From Thermoplasmatota archaeon (GTDB taxonomy: Archaea; Thermoplasmatota; JAKEGO01): a DNA stretch of 64,000 nt. Position numbers and translations under genes: made by a program. The notes beneath the pieces are model-generated. The model was not told the origin of the DNA. It did no database searches and was given only the letters and a program-made list of their open reading frames with translations. Location: the NCBI GenBank assembly GCA_028279595.1, contig JANQNK010000004.1, positions 1-64,000 of the forward strand. Direction: 5' to 3'. Below, in pieces: positions 44,445 through 54,665 of the stretch; the stretch's first letter is position 1, and the number at the start of each line of letters is the position of its first letter.

Positions 44445-47297
44445 TCACTCCATGTTGCCTATGAATATCGCGGGTTTGTACGGCAGAGCGTTCTTCGCCT
44501 TGCCCATCGGGTCCTCCGCCTGTCCCTCGGTCCAGACGTGGACCTTCCTGCCGAACTCCTGTGAGAGGAAGTCCGCCTCGTCGGATAACTTCTCGTTCTC
44601 GGCATCCATTCCGATGCCGTACGAGGCACGCTCCTGTATGAGGCGCTTGACGAGGGGCGGGACGACCTTTCCGTTCTTGCGGATCTCGGGGTCCGACATC
44701 ACCTTGGACATGACGTCCTGGAACTTGACCACGCCGTCGTCGACGGAATCGCGGACCGCATCGGCAAGGTGCCATTTCCAGTCGGCGGCGGTGTAGAGGT
44801 GGATGTCGCCCGGCGTGTCGCCGACCAGGCCCAGGACCTCCCTCAGGTCGTCCATGAGGTCGACGAGTACGGACTCGGCGTCGAGCGCGTCCGAGTCGAT
44901 CGAGCCAGGGTCCGGATCAGGTATCTGGCTGACAGACACGAATCCCGATCTACCGATGGTCTCCCAGACCTCCTCGGAGACGTGAGGTGCGAACACGGAG
45001 AGCATCTGTGTCGTCACCTTGATGAACTCGGAGATCACCGAGCGGTTCGGCTCGTCGCAGCGCCTGAGGTACCATCTCAGGTCTCTCTGAAGATCGTAAT
45101 ATCCCCGCTTGACACCCGCCCGGAACTCCATCAGGTCCATGTGGTCGCAGTAGTCCTCCACCGCGGAGTACAGGGCCGAACGGAACCACCGGTCGATGGC
45201 GCGTTCATCGTCGACGCCCTTTCCGTACCTTTCCTGAGCGAACTCGAGCCAAGTGTTGAACTTATCGCCTATGGTCCCGGCGAGGTCAGGATCGAAGTTC
45301 GGGTCGTCGAGCCCGTCGCCACCGTAGGCGAGCGTGAAACGGATAGCGTCGGCTGACCACTCCTCGATGGCGCTCCTCAGGGTGCGGAAGCTGCCGGAGG
45401 ACTTGCTCATCTTCTGTCCACCGATGAGTATCCATCCGTTCGTGCCGAACCCGCGGGGCCAGTGCTCCTGGGGGAAGATTGCGGTGTGGTTGAATATCGT
45501 GAACGAAAGGTGGTTCTGGATGAGGTCCTTCCCGGAGACCCGGAGGTCGAAGGGATACCAGTAGAGGAACTCCTCGCGCATGCGCTCGACGGTGTCGATC
45601 TCGGTGCCTGTCTCCATGGCGACCGTCGCGGCATCGCTCTTTCCGAGGAAGACATGGTCGAACAGCGAGTCGGTGAGTGCAGCCTCCGGAAGATCTGTGA
45701 TGATGTGTGATATCGTGTAGTACGCCATGTAGATGGTCGAGTCCGACAGGGATTCCACCATCCAGTTGTCGTCCCACGGCAGCTTGGTGCCGAGGCCGAG
45801 CTCGCGGGTGCAGGCCCAGTCGCGCAGCCAGCCGAGGACGTGCTCGAACTGCTTCCGGGCGACTTCGGGGTACAGGTTCATCCCGGCCAGGCATTCCCTC
45901 GCCCGTGCCTTCCAGTCGTGATCGCCGTACGCGATGAACCACTGGTCATCGACGACCTTGACTATGGACGGTGTCAAACATCGGCAGACCACTGGGTTGG
46001 AGAGCTCGAACATGAGAGCTGCTTCGCCTTTCTCCAGCATCTCGTCCCGGATCCGGTCCTTCGCCTCCTCGACGGGCATGCCAGCGTACTCACCTGCGAC
46101 CTCCCTCATGACGCCGGTGTAGAAACCGGACCTGTAGATGACGTGCTTAGCCTCAAGGAGCTTGTCCCGCTCCGTCTGGTCCTTGATCCCCATCCTCTCG
46201 ACGATCTCTCCAGCCGGGAAGTCACCCCAACCCTCGGAGGTTATTATCGCGATCGGTTCGACGGACCTGACCATCTCCGGGTCCAATCCATACCGATCCA
46301 TCCCGGCTTCGTCGGCCTTGATGTCGACGAGCGCGATCCAGTCGTCGGGAGCGTCCGACGGAACGGATGTCACTATTCCGGTCCCCTTCTCGGGATCGCA
46401 GAACGAGGACGGAAGTATCGGAATCGGCCGCCTGATCATCGGTGCGACGGCCTCCTTTCCCAGGAGTTGGGAGCCGAACACGGAGCCGACGGTCGCCACC
46501 TCGTGCTTCTGTTCAGATAGCTTCTGGGCGGCCTGCTTCGATAGTATCCACACCTCGCCGTCGACGTCCGCCTTGACGTACTCCTCCTCGGGATCGACCC
46601 AGAGGTTGGTCTGTCCGAAGACCGTCTCCGGCCTCAACGTCGCTGCGACGATGTACTCTCCATCTATCTCGAACTTGAGAAGGACGAACTCCTGGGGCAT
46701 CTCGCCCTCGCCCTCGATCCTGGCGTGGTCGCCGACTGGTGAGTTGTCATGGGTGCACCAGACCACCGGGTGCCTGCCCTTGCGGACCAATCCCTGTTCA
46801 TGGAGCCGATTGAACTGCCACCTGATGAAAGCGTCGTAGGCCGGGTTCAGGGATGTGGTCATGAACTTCCGGCGCCAGTCCACCGACACGCCGAGCCGGT
46901 TGAGGTCGCGCTCCGCCTCGATCGGAAAGTACTCGACCCAGTGGAGCGGATCGCTGAACGCGGACAACTCGTCCTCGGGTATGTCCATCGACCGGAGGAT
47001 GTTCATCTGGGACTCCTCGCCGTCCGCCACCCTTCCCGCCGCCGCCACGATAGGGGTGCCGGTCGCGTGGAAAGCGTACGGAAATAGGACATTGTACCCG
47101 CGAAGCCGCTTGTACCTGGCCATGAACTCGGTCCTCGAGTAGGTGAGCGTGTGACCGATGTGCAGGAGGCCGTTGATGTACGGATAGGGCACGTTGAGGA
47201 AGTACTTCTCCCCGTTGCCCGGCTCCGCCTCGAAGACGCGCTCCTCGCGCCATCGTTCCTGCCATTTCAGCTCCATTTCGGCCGTGTTCATCGCCAT
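44445..47297 (-). CDS. leuS: Leucine--tRNA ligase (archaeal type)
   Basis: HIGH and KMSKS motifs, ATLRPET, GTGIVTSVPSDAPDD editing domain, SGKDLIQNHL. Start moved to ATG ~47297. Confidence 0.97.
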   Translation of the reverse strand: MAMNTAEMELKWQERWREERVFEAEPGNGEKYFLNVPYPYINGLLHIGHTLTYSRTEFMARYKRLRGYNVLFPYAFHATGTPIVAAAGRVADGEESQMNILRSMDIPEDELSAFSDPLHWVEYFPIEAERDLNRLGVSVDWRRKFMTTSLNPAYDAFIRWQFNRLHEQGLVRKGRHPVVWCTHDNSPVGDHARIEGEGEMPQEFVLLKFEIDGEYIVAATLRPETVFGQTNLWVDPEEEYVKADVDGEVWILSKQAAQKLSEQKHEVATVGSVFGSQLLGKEAVAPMIRRPIPILPSSFCDPEKGTGIVTSVPSDAPDDWIALVDIKADEAGMDRYGLDPEMVRSVEPIAIITSEGWGDFPAGEIVERMGIKDQTERDKLLEAKHVIYRSGFYTGVMREVAGEYAGMPVEEAKDRIRDEMLEKGEAALMFELSNPVVCRCLTPSIVKVVDDQWFIAYGDHDWKARARECLAGMNLYPEVARKQFEHVLGWLRDWACTRELGLGTKLPWDDNWMVESLSDSTIYMAYYTISHIITDLPEAALTDSLFDHVFLGKSDAATVAMETGTEIDTVERMREEFLYWYPFDLRVSGKDLIQNHLSFTIFNHTAIFPQEHWPRGFGTNGWILIGGQKMSKSSGSFRTLRSAIEEWSADAIRFTLAYGGDGLDDPNFDPDLAGTIGDKFNTWLEFAQERYGKGVDDERAIDRWFRSALYSAVEDYCDHMDLMEFRAGVKRGYYDLQRDLRWYLRRCDEPNRSVISEFIKVTTQMLSVFAPHVSEEVWETIGRSGFVSVSQIPDPDPGSIDSDALDAESVLVDLMDDLREVLGLVGDTPGDIHLYTAADWKWHLADAVRDSVDDGVVKFQDVMSKVMSDPEIRKNGKVVPPLVKRLIQERASYGIGMDAENEKLSDEADFLSQEFGRKVHVWTEGQAEDPMGKAKNALPYKPAIFIGNME

Positions 47298-47599
47298 CGT
47301 ACCGTGAAGGCGGAACCTGACATTTAAAGATGGTCCTCCTACCGACCATATCTTATCCCGACTGGTCAACCGCGTGGAGGACAGGTAGACTCGGATACCA
47401 TCACCATCATGGGTGTTGCGCGTTGAGGCCCGAACGATCCGGCCTCGAGCGCGTTTTCCAAGGGATCGATGTTGGTCCCCGGAGGATCGGGAATGGTCCA
47501 CATGGAGGGTCCCACGCTGCCAGTATTATTTTCGTATATCGGCCTGTAAGTGCCGGAGAACCGCAGGTTCTTTATAAATGAATGCCGTTTCGGATATCG

Positions 47600-49780
47600 A
47601 TGACGATCTCTCTTCGCGTCAAGGAAGCTCATTCTGCGGACCCCGGATATTCCCGTGCTAGGATCGACCAGGACACGAGGGAGAAACTGGGCGTGAAGCT
47701 CGGTGATCCCATCGTGATCGAGGGCGTAAGGTCCACCAGCGCGGTGGCCCACCGCCTCTTCCCGGACGAGGAGGGGCGCGGGATCATCAGGATGGACGGA
47801 ATATTGAGGAAGAACGCCGGGGTATCGGTGGACGATGCCGTGACCGTCAAGACCGTCGAGGCAACGGATGCCAAATCGGTCACCCTGGCATTCTATCAGA
47901 CCGTGCCGGACGTCACCGTGGACGACGAGTTCCTGGGCTACGTCAAGAGGAACCTCCTCCAGAGGCCGATGATGGAGGGCGATGTCGTCGCGTTCCCGAT
48001 ATCGGCGTTCAACGCCCGGGTGCTTCCCTTCAGGGTCATGACGACGGAGCCAGAGGGAGTCGTCCTGCTCACCAAGGATACGGAACTGTCGATCCAGAAG
48101 GAGGCGGAGCTCGAGGAGGAGGAGCGCGGCGTCGGCATCACCTACGAGGAGATCGGCGGCCTGAAGGACGAACTCATGCGTGTAAGGGAGATGATCGAGT
48201 TCCCGCTCAAGAGGCCCGAACTGTTCAGGCGCCTCGGCATCGATCCTCCGAGAGGGGTCCTGCTGTACGGTCCGCCAGGCACTGGCAAGACGCTGATGGC
48301 GAAGGCGGTAGCGAACGAATCAGGAGCAACCTTCTTCCTCATACAAGGTCCAGAGATAGTTTCCAAGTACTACGGAGAGAGCGAGGAGCATCTGAGACGG
48401 AAGTTCGAAATGGCCGAGGAGCACGCCCCCGCCATCATTTTCATCGACGAGATCGATTCCATCGCGCCCAAGAGGGCCGAATCCTCCGGCGAACTGGAGA
48501 GGCGCGTCGTCGCCCAGTTGCTGACCCTGATGGACGGCATGGTCGGCCGCGGCCAGGTCATAGTCATCGGCGCCACGAACCGTGTGGACGCCATCGATCC
48601 AGCGCTTCGCCGTCCGGGACGTTTCGACCGGGAGATAATGATCGGTGTGCCCGACAAGATCGGCAGGAAGGAGATCCTCGAGATCCACACCAGGGGGATG
48701 CCCCTCACCGAGGACTTCGACCTCGAGAAGATCGAGGACATCACACACGGCTTTACGGGAGCGGACCTCTCGGCGCTTAGCCGCGAGGCCGCCATGAGGG
48801 CGCTCAGAAGGCTTTTGCCCACCATCGACGTCAACCAGTCCATCCCGCCGAAGGTCCTGGAGGACCTCCACGTGTCGATGGACGACTTCATCGAGGCGCT
48901 CAAGGGGATCGAGCCATCAGCCCTTAGGTCGTTCTACGTCGAGCTCCCTGACGTCGGGTGGTCATCCATAGGAGGACTGGACGAGGTCATCGAGGACATC
49001 AAGGAGGCCGTGGAATGGCCGTTGGAGAAACCGGAGGTCTTCACCGACATGGGTGTCAAGCCTCCCAGCGGTATCCTCCTTTTCGGACCTCCAGGCACCG
49101 GAAAGACCCTGATGGCCAAGGCCGCTGCGAACGAGGTCAAGGCCAATTTCATCCCCGTCCGGGGACCCGAGGTCATGTCCAAGTGGGTCGGTGAGTCCGA
49201 GAAGGCAATCCGGGAGATCTTCAAGCTCGCAAGGATGGCATCGCCGTCGATCATATTGCTGGACGAGCTGGACGCCCTCGCACCATCGAGGGGATTGGGT
49301 GCCGGCAGGGCCCACGAGCAGGTCGTCAACCAGCTGCTGTCCTCCCTGGACGGACTGGAGCAGATGAAGGGCGTCGTCGTCATCGGAACGACAAACCGAC
49401 CCGACATCATCGATCCGGCGCTTCTCCGAGCTGGCCGGTTCGACAGGCGTATCTACGTCAGACCGCCCGGCCTGGACGGAAGGAGGAAGATAATCGAGAT
49501 CCACACCAAGGACATGCCCAAGAAGGGCGTGGACATCGACGCCCTGGCCGCAAGGACCGACGGTTATGTCGGAGCCGACATCGAGGCCGCATGCAGGGAG
49601 GCGGGGATGATGGCCCTCAAGGACAATGTCAAGACGGTCAAGATGGCCCACTTCGAGGCCGCGTTCGACCGGATAGGCCCCTCGATGGACGATTCGACCA
49701 CGAATTTCTACGAGAAGATAGCCGGGGAACTCGAGGGAATGGGCCGCCGCGTCAAGGACGACGTCGAGGGATATCATTAG
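47600..49780 (+). CDS. cdc48: CDC48/VAT family AAA+ ATPase
   Basis: N-domain and two AAA modules (GPPGTGKT twice, FIDEID / LLDELD, DPALRRPGRFD); ends in the HbYX-like GYH. Confidence 0.96.
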   Translation: MTISLRVKEAHSADPGYSRARIDQDTREKLGVKLGDPIVIEGVRSTSAVAHRLFPDEEGRGIIRMDGILRKNAGVSVDDAVTVKTVEATDAKSVTLAFYQTVPDVTVDDEFLGYVKRNLLQRPMMEGDVVAFPISAFNARVLPFRVMTTEPEGVVLLTKDTELSIQKEAELEEEERGVGITYEEIGGLKDELMRVREMIEFPLKRPELFRRLGIDPPRGVLLYGPPGTGKTLMAKAVANESGATFFLIQGPEIVSKYYGESEEHLRRKFEMAEEHAPAIIFIDEIDSIAPKRAESSGELERRVVAQLLTLMDGMVGRGQVIVIGATNRVDAIDPALRRPGRFDREIMIGVPDKIGRKEILEIHTRGMPLTEDFDLEKIEDITHGFTGADLSALSREAAMRALRRLLPTIDVNQSIPPKVLEDLHVSMDDFIEALKGIEPSALRSFYVELPDVGWSSIGGLDEVIEDIKEAVEWPLEKPEVFTDMGVKPPSGILLFGPPGTGKTLMAKAAANEVKANFIPVRGPEVMSKWVGESEKAIREIFKLARMASPSIILLDELDALAPSRGLGAGRAHEQVVNQLLSSLDGLEQMKGVVVIGTTNRPDIIDPALLRAGRFDRRIYVRPPGLDGRRKIIEIHTKDMPKKGVDIDALAARTDGYVGADIEAACREAGMMALKDNVKTVKMAHFEAAFDRIGPSMDDSTTNFYEKIAGELEGMGRRVKDDVEGYH

Positions 49781-49836
49781 CCGTATACCAGTCCCAAAGC
49801 AACCTTTAAATCCATCAACCCAATGCGCAGAGTACC

Positions 49837-51906
49837 ATGGGTAAGGTATTCAAATCACCGTATCGGAGACCACCGACCCCCGAGGGGCTGCACAAGATCG
49901 AGAACAACACGATGGAGTGGTTCGACATCGAGATGTACTCGAACTTCAACACGGGTGTTCTCGAGCAGTACTTCGAGGAGAAGAATAAGTCCGACGGCTT
50001 CCATCGCAGTACATGGACATGGTGGAAGATCATCGTCGGCATCATCGTCGGAACCCTCTTCGCCGCCATCAACCAGTACGTCGGCCTGAAGGTCGGCATG
50101 GTCATCGGCGGTTCGTGGTACATATCCTACCTCATAGGTATGGGGCTGTTCTGGAAGCCCACCGAGATCAATCTATCCAGCGGCGCATCCACGGGTGCGT
50201 CGATGATCTGCACGGGATTCGTCTTCACGTTCCCTGCGATGTACATCCTGGCCTACGAGGACGGTTACATCTCGACAGGTTCGTTCCCGCCGATGTACGT
50301 GCCCATCACGGCAACGATCTTCGCCGGGTTCCTGGGCGTGATGTACTTCATCATCTTCAGGCGTGTCTGGCTCGTAGAGGACCCGCTCCCCATGCCCACC
50401 TTCGAGGCATGGGTCCAGCTCCTCGACATCGCGAACGACGTGTCGGAAGGAGAAGCGTCGAGAGCGAAGGAGACCATCAGAAAGGTGTCCATGATGGGAC
50501 TCCTGTCAGGTGGTTTCACATTCCTCAGGGACTTCCCGATAATGGAGAACAACCACAAGGACATCTTTCAGTCACACACGGCGGCAGGGACATCCTACGA
50601 TGAGCACATCTCGGTAATGGACCACTACTTCGCCGGCGATCACTACGATATAGGCGACGTCCACCAGCCCTACGCGAGCGCGGAGTACACGTGGATCGAC
50701 TTCCAGCTCTCGCCGATGCTGATCGCGACGGGATGGTTCATGAGGTGGAGGGCCGCCCTCCTGGTCTCGCTTGGCACGCTCTTCACATGGTTCGTCGTCG
50801 TACCGATAGCAGTCCATCACGGGATGCCCGTCGTGATCGAGGGGCTCACATACAATGTCCGGGACCTCGATCCTCCAGCCCTCACCGCTGCGGGTCAGGT
50901 CGCCAGGATAATGGCGATAGGGGCCATCCTCGGCGGTGGATTGACGGGGCTAGCAAAGATGGCACCCGTGTTCAAGACGGCAACCGCTGACCTCAGGAAG
51001 ATCAAGGGCGGCGGGGGAGGCGCGACCTCGGAGTTCATACCTGGACTCGGGTGGTACGAGTGGCCCATGTCCCATATCCTGGTCATGACGGTCGTGACGT
51101 TCTTCGGTGTCTCGATCGCCTTCATTTCCGCAGGGTATCCGGCACCCCAGGTACTCATGCTGTCACTCCTGCTCGTATCGCTCACCTTCTTCCTCGGGGC
51201 GATAGCGGTCAAGGTAATGGGCGAGACGTCGATCGAGCCGGTGTCAGGCACCAGCTTCATCGTACTGCTCATGCTCGTCGGTGTCTTCAAACTCATGGGC
51301 ACATCGAGGACCGAAACGGTCATACTGGCGATCATCGGCACCACCGTGTTCGGCGGCGCCATCTCGATGTCCGGCGACATCATACTCGACTTCAAGAACT
51401 CACTCTACATAGGCAATCGGCCCTACCAGCAGATGCGGGCCGAGATCCTCGGCATCATCCCGGGCGCGATAATCGCGGGTGTCTTCGCGATGATCTTCTC
51501 GGAACAGCTCGCAAAGGGCGAATTGAACCTCATCGCCCCGCAGGCCCACGCGTTCGCGTTCTTCACCAAGATGCTTGTAGGAGGCGATGTCAATCTGACG
51601 ATCTTCGCTCTGGGCTTCTGCATAGGCATCTTCATGGAACTGCTCACCGGCATGGGTACGGCGTTCGGTCTGGGGATGTACTTCCCGCTCGGACTGGCGT
51701 TCCCGCTGATGCTCGGGGGTGGCATGCGCGACCTGTGGCAGGAGAAGGTCTTCGAGAAGCAGGCGAAGGAGGAGAACTGGAGCGAGAGGACGAAGACACT
51801 TAAGCTCCTGGACACATACATGCTTGCGACAGGATTGATCATAGGCGAAGCCCTTGTCGGGACCATCGTCGCGATCTTCCTGTTCACCGTACCGGGGTGG
51901 GTATGA
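49837..51906 (+). CDS. OPT/YSL-family oligopeptide transporter
   Basis: NQYVGLKVG, FTFPA, GETSIEPVSG, APQA, ATGLIIGEAL; many TM helices. Confidence 0.88.
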   Translation: MGKVFKSPYRRPPTPEGLHKIENNTMEWFDIEMYSNFNTGVLEQYFEEKNKSDGFHRSTWTWWKIIVGIIVGTLFAAINQYVGLKVGMVIGGSWYISYLIGMGLFWKPTEINLSSGASTGASMICTGFVFTFPAMYILAYEDGYISTGSFPPMYVPITATIFAGFLGVMYFIIFRRVWLVEDPLPMPTFEAWVQLLDIANDVSEGEASRAKETIRKVSMMGLLSGGFTFLRDFPIMENNHKDIFQSHTAAGTSYDEHISVMDHYFAGDHYDIGDVHQPYASAEYTWIDFQLSPMLIATGWFMRWRAALLVSLGTLFTWFVVVPIAVHHGMPVVIEGLTYNVRDLDPPALTAAGQVARIMAIGAILGGGLTGLAKMAPVFKTATADLRKIKGGGGGATSEFIPGLGWYEWPMSHILVMTVVTFFGVSIAFISAGYPAPQVLMLSLLLVSLTFFLGAIAVKVMGETSIEPVSGTSFIVLLMLVGVFKLMGTSRTETVILAIIGTTVFGGAISMSGDIILDFKNSLYIGNRPYQQMRAEILGIIPGAIIAGVFAMIFSEQLAKGELNLIAPQAHAFAFFTKMLVGGDVNLTIFALGFCIGIFMELLTGMGTAFGLGMYFPLGLAFPLMLGGGMRDLWQEKVFEKQAKEENWSERTKTLKLLDTYMLATGLIIGEALVGTIVAIFLFTVPGWV

Positions 51907-53214
51907 ATGGCAAAACTGGCGGTCCTGGGAACAAGCTACGTCGGCCTGATAACGGGCGTTGCGTTCGCCGAGTGGGGACACGACGTGACCTGTGTGGACA
52001 TAATCGAGTCCAAGGTAAGTGTCCTGAACGAGGGGAAGGCCCCCATCCACGAGGAGGGCCTGGACGAGCTGCTGAGGAAGCATGTCCCGGGCAGTCTGCG
52101 TGGCACCACTGACCTCGCTGAGGCGATGGAGGGTGCCGAATTCATTTTCATAGCTGTCCAGACACCAGAGGGGGAGGACGGCGCGATCGACCTGTCCTTC
52201 GTCAGGAAGGCGTCCGAGGACATAGCCGGTCATCTGAAATCTGGCCAGACCGTCGTCGTGAAGAGCACGGTCGTCCCGGGAACGACGAGCGATGTCGTCA
52301 TTCCCGCACTCGAAGGCTCGGGACTCGGGAAGGAAGAATACAACGTCGCCGTCAATCCGGAGTTCCTGCGTGAGGGGATAGCGGTCCACGACGCTCTGGA
52401 GCCGAGCCGGATCGTCATAGGAGCGACGGACGGGGAAACGGCCCGGGCGGTCGCCGACCTGTACGATGTCGAGTCGAAGTTCATGTTCACCGATCCTACC
52501 ACGGCCGAGGCCGTGAAATACGCCTCGAACGCCATACTGGCGGTCAAGATCTCGTTCGCGAACGAGGTGGCCACACTCTGCGAGGACCTGGGGATCGACG
52601 TCTACGACGTCATGGATGGGGTCGGCCTGGACCCCAGGATCTCCAGGAAGTTCCTGAACGCCGGCATGGGCTTCGGCGGTTCGTGCCTCCCGAAGGACAC
52701 CAAGGCGTTCGAGCGCCTGTTCGTCGACAGGGGCCTCTATCCAGGGCTCCTCGAGGCTGTCCACGAGGTAAATGACACGATACCGGTCCACGTCGTCAAG
52801 AGATTGAGCTCTATGATAGGGGACCTGAATGGCAAGAGGGTCGCCGTCCTGGGCCTTGCGTTCAAGGAAGGCACGGACGACGTCAGACAGTCACGGGCAC
52901 GTCCGCTCGTGAGGGAACTCCTGGAACGAGGGTGCGTGGTCGTTGCCCACGATCCGATCGCTTCCGGGAACTTCAAGCGTTTCGGGCTCGAGATCGAGTA
53001 TGCCGATAGCATATCCGATGCCCTCGAGGGGGCCGACGCTGCGATAATACAGACTGCCTGGGAAGAATATTCTGGTCTCGATGTCGATGACTTCGTCAGA
53101 ATGGCTGGACGCACGGTAATAGACGGCCGCCGCATTCTGAGCGCTGCGGCGATAGACAGGCTCTCCTCGGAGGGCTTCTCCGTCTACCTGCTGGGACGCG
53201 GGCCTATTCCGTAG
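51907..53214 (+). CDS. UDP-glucose/GDP-mannose dehydrogenase family protein
   Basis: GTSYVGL, KSTVVPGT, NPEFLREG, GFGGSCLPKD, GLAFK..TDDVR.S. Confidence 0.94.
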   Translation: MAKLAVLGTSYVGLITGVAFAEWGHDVTCVDIIESKVSVLNEGKAPIHEEGLDELLRKHVPGSLRGTTDLAEAMEGAEFIFIAVQTPEGEDGAIDLSFVRKASEDIAGHLKSGQTVVVKSTVVPGTTSDVVIPALEGSGLGKEEYNVAVNPEFLREGIAVHDALEPSRIVIGATDGETARAVADLYDVESKFMFTDPTTAEAVKYASNAILAVKISFANEVATLCEDLGIDVYDVMDGVGLDPRISRKFLNAGMGFGGSCLPKDTKAFERLFVDRGLYPGLLEAVHEVNDTIPVHVVKRLSSMIGDLNGKRVAVLGLAFKEGTDDVRQSRARPLVRELLERGCVVVAHDPIASGNFKRFGLEIEYADSISDALEGADAAIIQTAWEEYSGLDVDDFVRMAGRTVIDGRRILSAAAIDRLSSEGFSVYLLGRGPIP

Positions 53215-53308
53215 CCCTTCGCTTCCTGTGGTCCAAGTTCACCGACATTCGCATGAGGGCTATCTCCTCGACGACCCTCCTGGAACGGATCTCATCGCTT
53301 TCTTGCAT
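53204..53308 (-). CDS. Candidate 34-aa small protein
   Basis: MQESDEIRSRRVVEEIALMRMSVNLDHRKRRATE; AAGGTG RBS; TATATA about 40 nt upstream. Confidence 0.4.
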   Translation of the reverse strand: MQESDEIRSRRVVEEIALMRMSVNLDHRKRRATE

Positions 53309-53441
53309 CTCGACACCTTTCGTCCGTATACCTGATTTCACGTTCAGAGTATATATACCGTCGTTGGTGATTACCAACGATTTTGACGGTGTTATTACCA
53401 AAAAACAACGGTATTTGCCGTATGTTTCGTTCCTACCGACA

Positions 53442-54641
53442 TCAGTAGTCCTGAAGTGATATCGGATCGTCCGGTAGCTCGGCGCTGCCGTACTGGCCTC
53501 CTCCACCGGGGTGCAGTATGACCCTGCCGTCCCTGAAGGCCCGGATCGCGTGGACGACCCTGGGCTCGGCCACACTGGCTATCTCATCCATGGGGCTGTC
53601 GACGAGGACGCTCACCTCGTCGCCGAAGGCCTCGATCAGCGGGGTCCATCGCGACATCGCCTTCTTCGAGGAGGGGGACTTCACCCCAATGGCCATCGCG
53701 ATTATCTGGGCCAGTGGGATTATCGACACATATTCCGGTCGATGCCCGGGATGCCTGGGCTCAGGCCAGGAGGCCAGCTCGTTCACCCTGTCAACGACCC
53801 CCTTCTTGATCCGGCCGCCGCATGGGCATCGCCAGGACAGCTCTATTGCCTGCTCGAGGCCGTAGTGCACGAAGCATCTGCTGCAGCCGCTCTCGTTGTA
53901 CTTGCCCTCCTGGGGCGGCATGCCGACGTTGAGCACTGGCTTGCGTCCACCCTCGCGGTGAAGCGCCTTCCTCAGTTCGGGAAAGGTAGGCTCCTCCATT
54001 TCGAACCTGTTGAACTCGCGCGCCAGTCTCAGCGGGACAGGACTGTGTGCATCCGAGTTCGTAAGGAAAGTGACGTCCTGAAGGTGCTGGATCCTGTCAG
54101 CATAGTCCGAATTCGCACTCAGGCCCAACTCGAGGTACGAGACGCGGTCCGATAGGTCTCCATAACAGTCCTCCAGGGAATCGTGGAACCGGTACATGGC
54201 CGTCCACGGCGTGAATGCGTGACAGGGACCGTAGAGGGCGTCCACATCGACCGCCGCCTGGGCGATCTCGACGCCGTCCATCTTGACGTTCGGCCGGCCG
54301 TCCTTCGCGATGTTCGTTGACCGATCTCCGATTATCTCGATGAAGCCCTCGACCGAGGACAATGACGGGAATATCAGAAGATGATGTATCTTGTGCGCCG
54401 CCTCGACCTCGGCGGTCAGGACGACGCTGAGGTCCCCGACCCTGTATGTTCCCTCGTCGACCTCCTCGTGCGAGGCCACCTCCGACCTCCAGACGGGATG
54501 GAGGCAGTCCGAGCACCCTATGAGCTGGATCCCCTTCTGGGACGCTCCGGTGGATAGGTTCTCCATGGTCATGTCCCTGCTCGTGGCGAGGGAGAACCGG
54601 CTGTGGATGTGAAGGTCGGAATTGATCAGCAGGGAGGACAC
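53442..54641 (-). CDS. TIGR00375 / endonuclease Q-like PHP-domain protein
   Basis: DLHIHSRFS.ATS, HAFTPW, ELGLSA, FLTNSDAHS, REFN, GKY and a CxxC...CxC zinc site. Confidence 0.88.
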   Translation of the reverse strand: MSSLLINSDLHIHSRFSLATSRDMTMENLSTGASQKGIQLIGCSDCLHPVWRSEVASHEEVDEGTYRVGDLSVVLTAEVEAAHKIHHLLIFPSLSSVEGFIEIIGDRSTNIAKDGRPNVKMDGVEIAQAAVDVDALYGPCHAFTPWTAMYRFHDSLEDCYGDLSDRVSYLELGLSANSDYADRIQHLQDVTFLTNSDAHSPVPLRLAREFNRFEMEEPTFPELRKALHREGGRKPVLNVGMPPQEGKYNESGCSRCFVHYGLEQAIELSWRCPCGGRIKKGVVDRVNELASWPEPRHPGHRPEYVSIIPLAQIIAMAIGVKSPSSKKAMSRWTPLIEAFGDEVSVLVDSPMDEIASVAEPRVVHAIRAFRDGRVILHPGGGGQYGSAELPDDPISLQDY

Positions 54642-54665
54642 CTCCTACCGGTCAGGACCGTGGGA

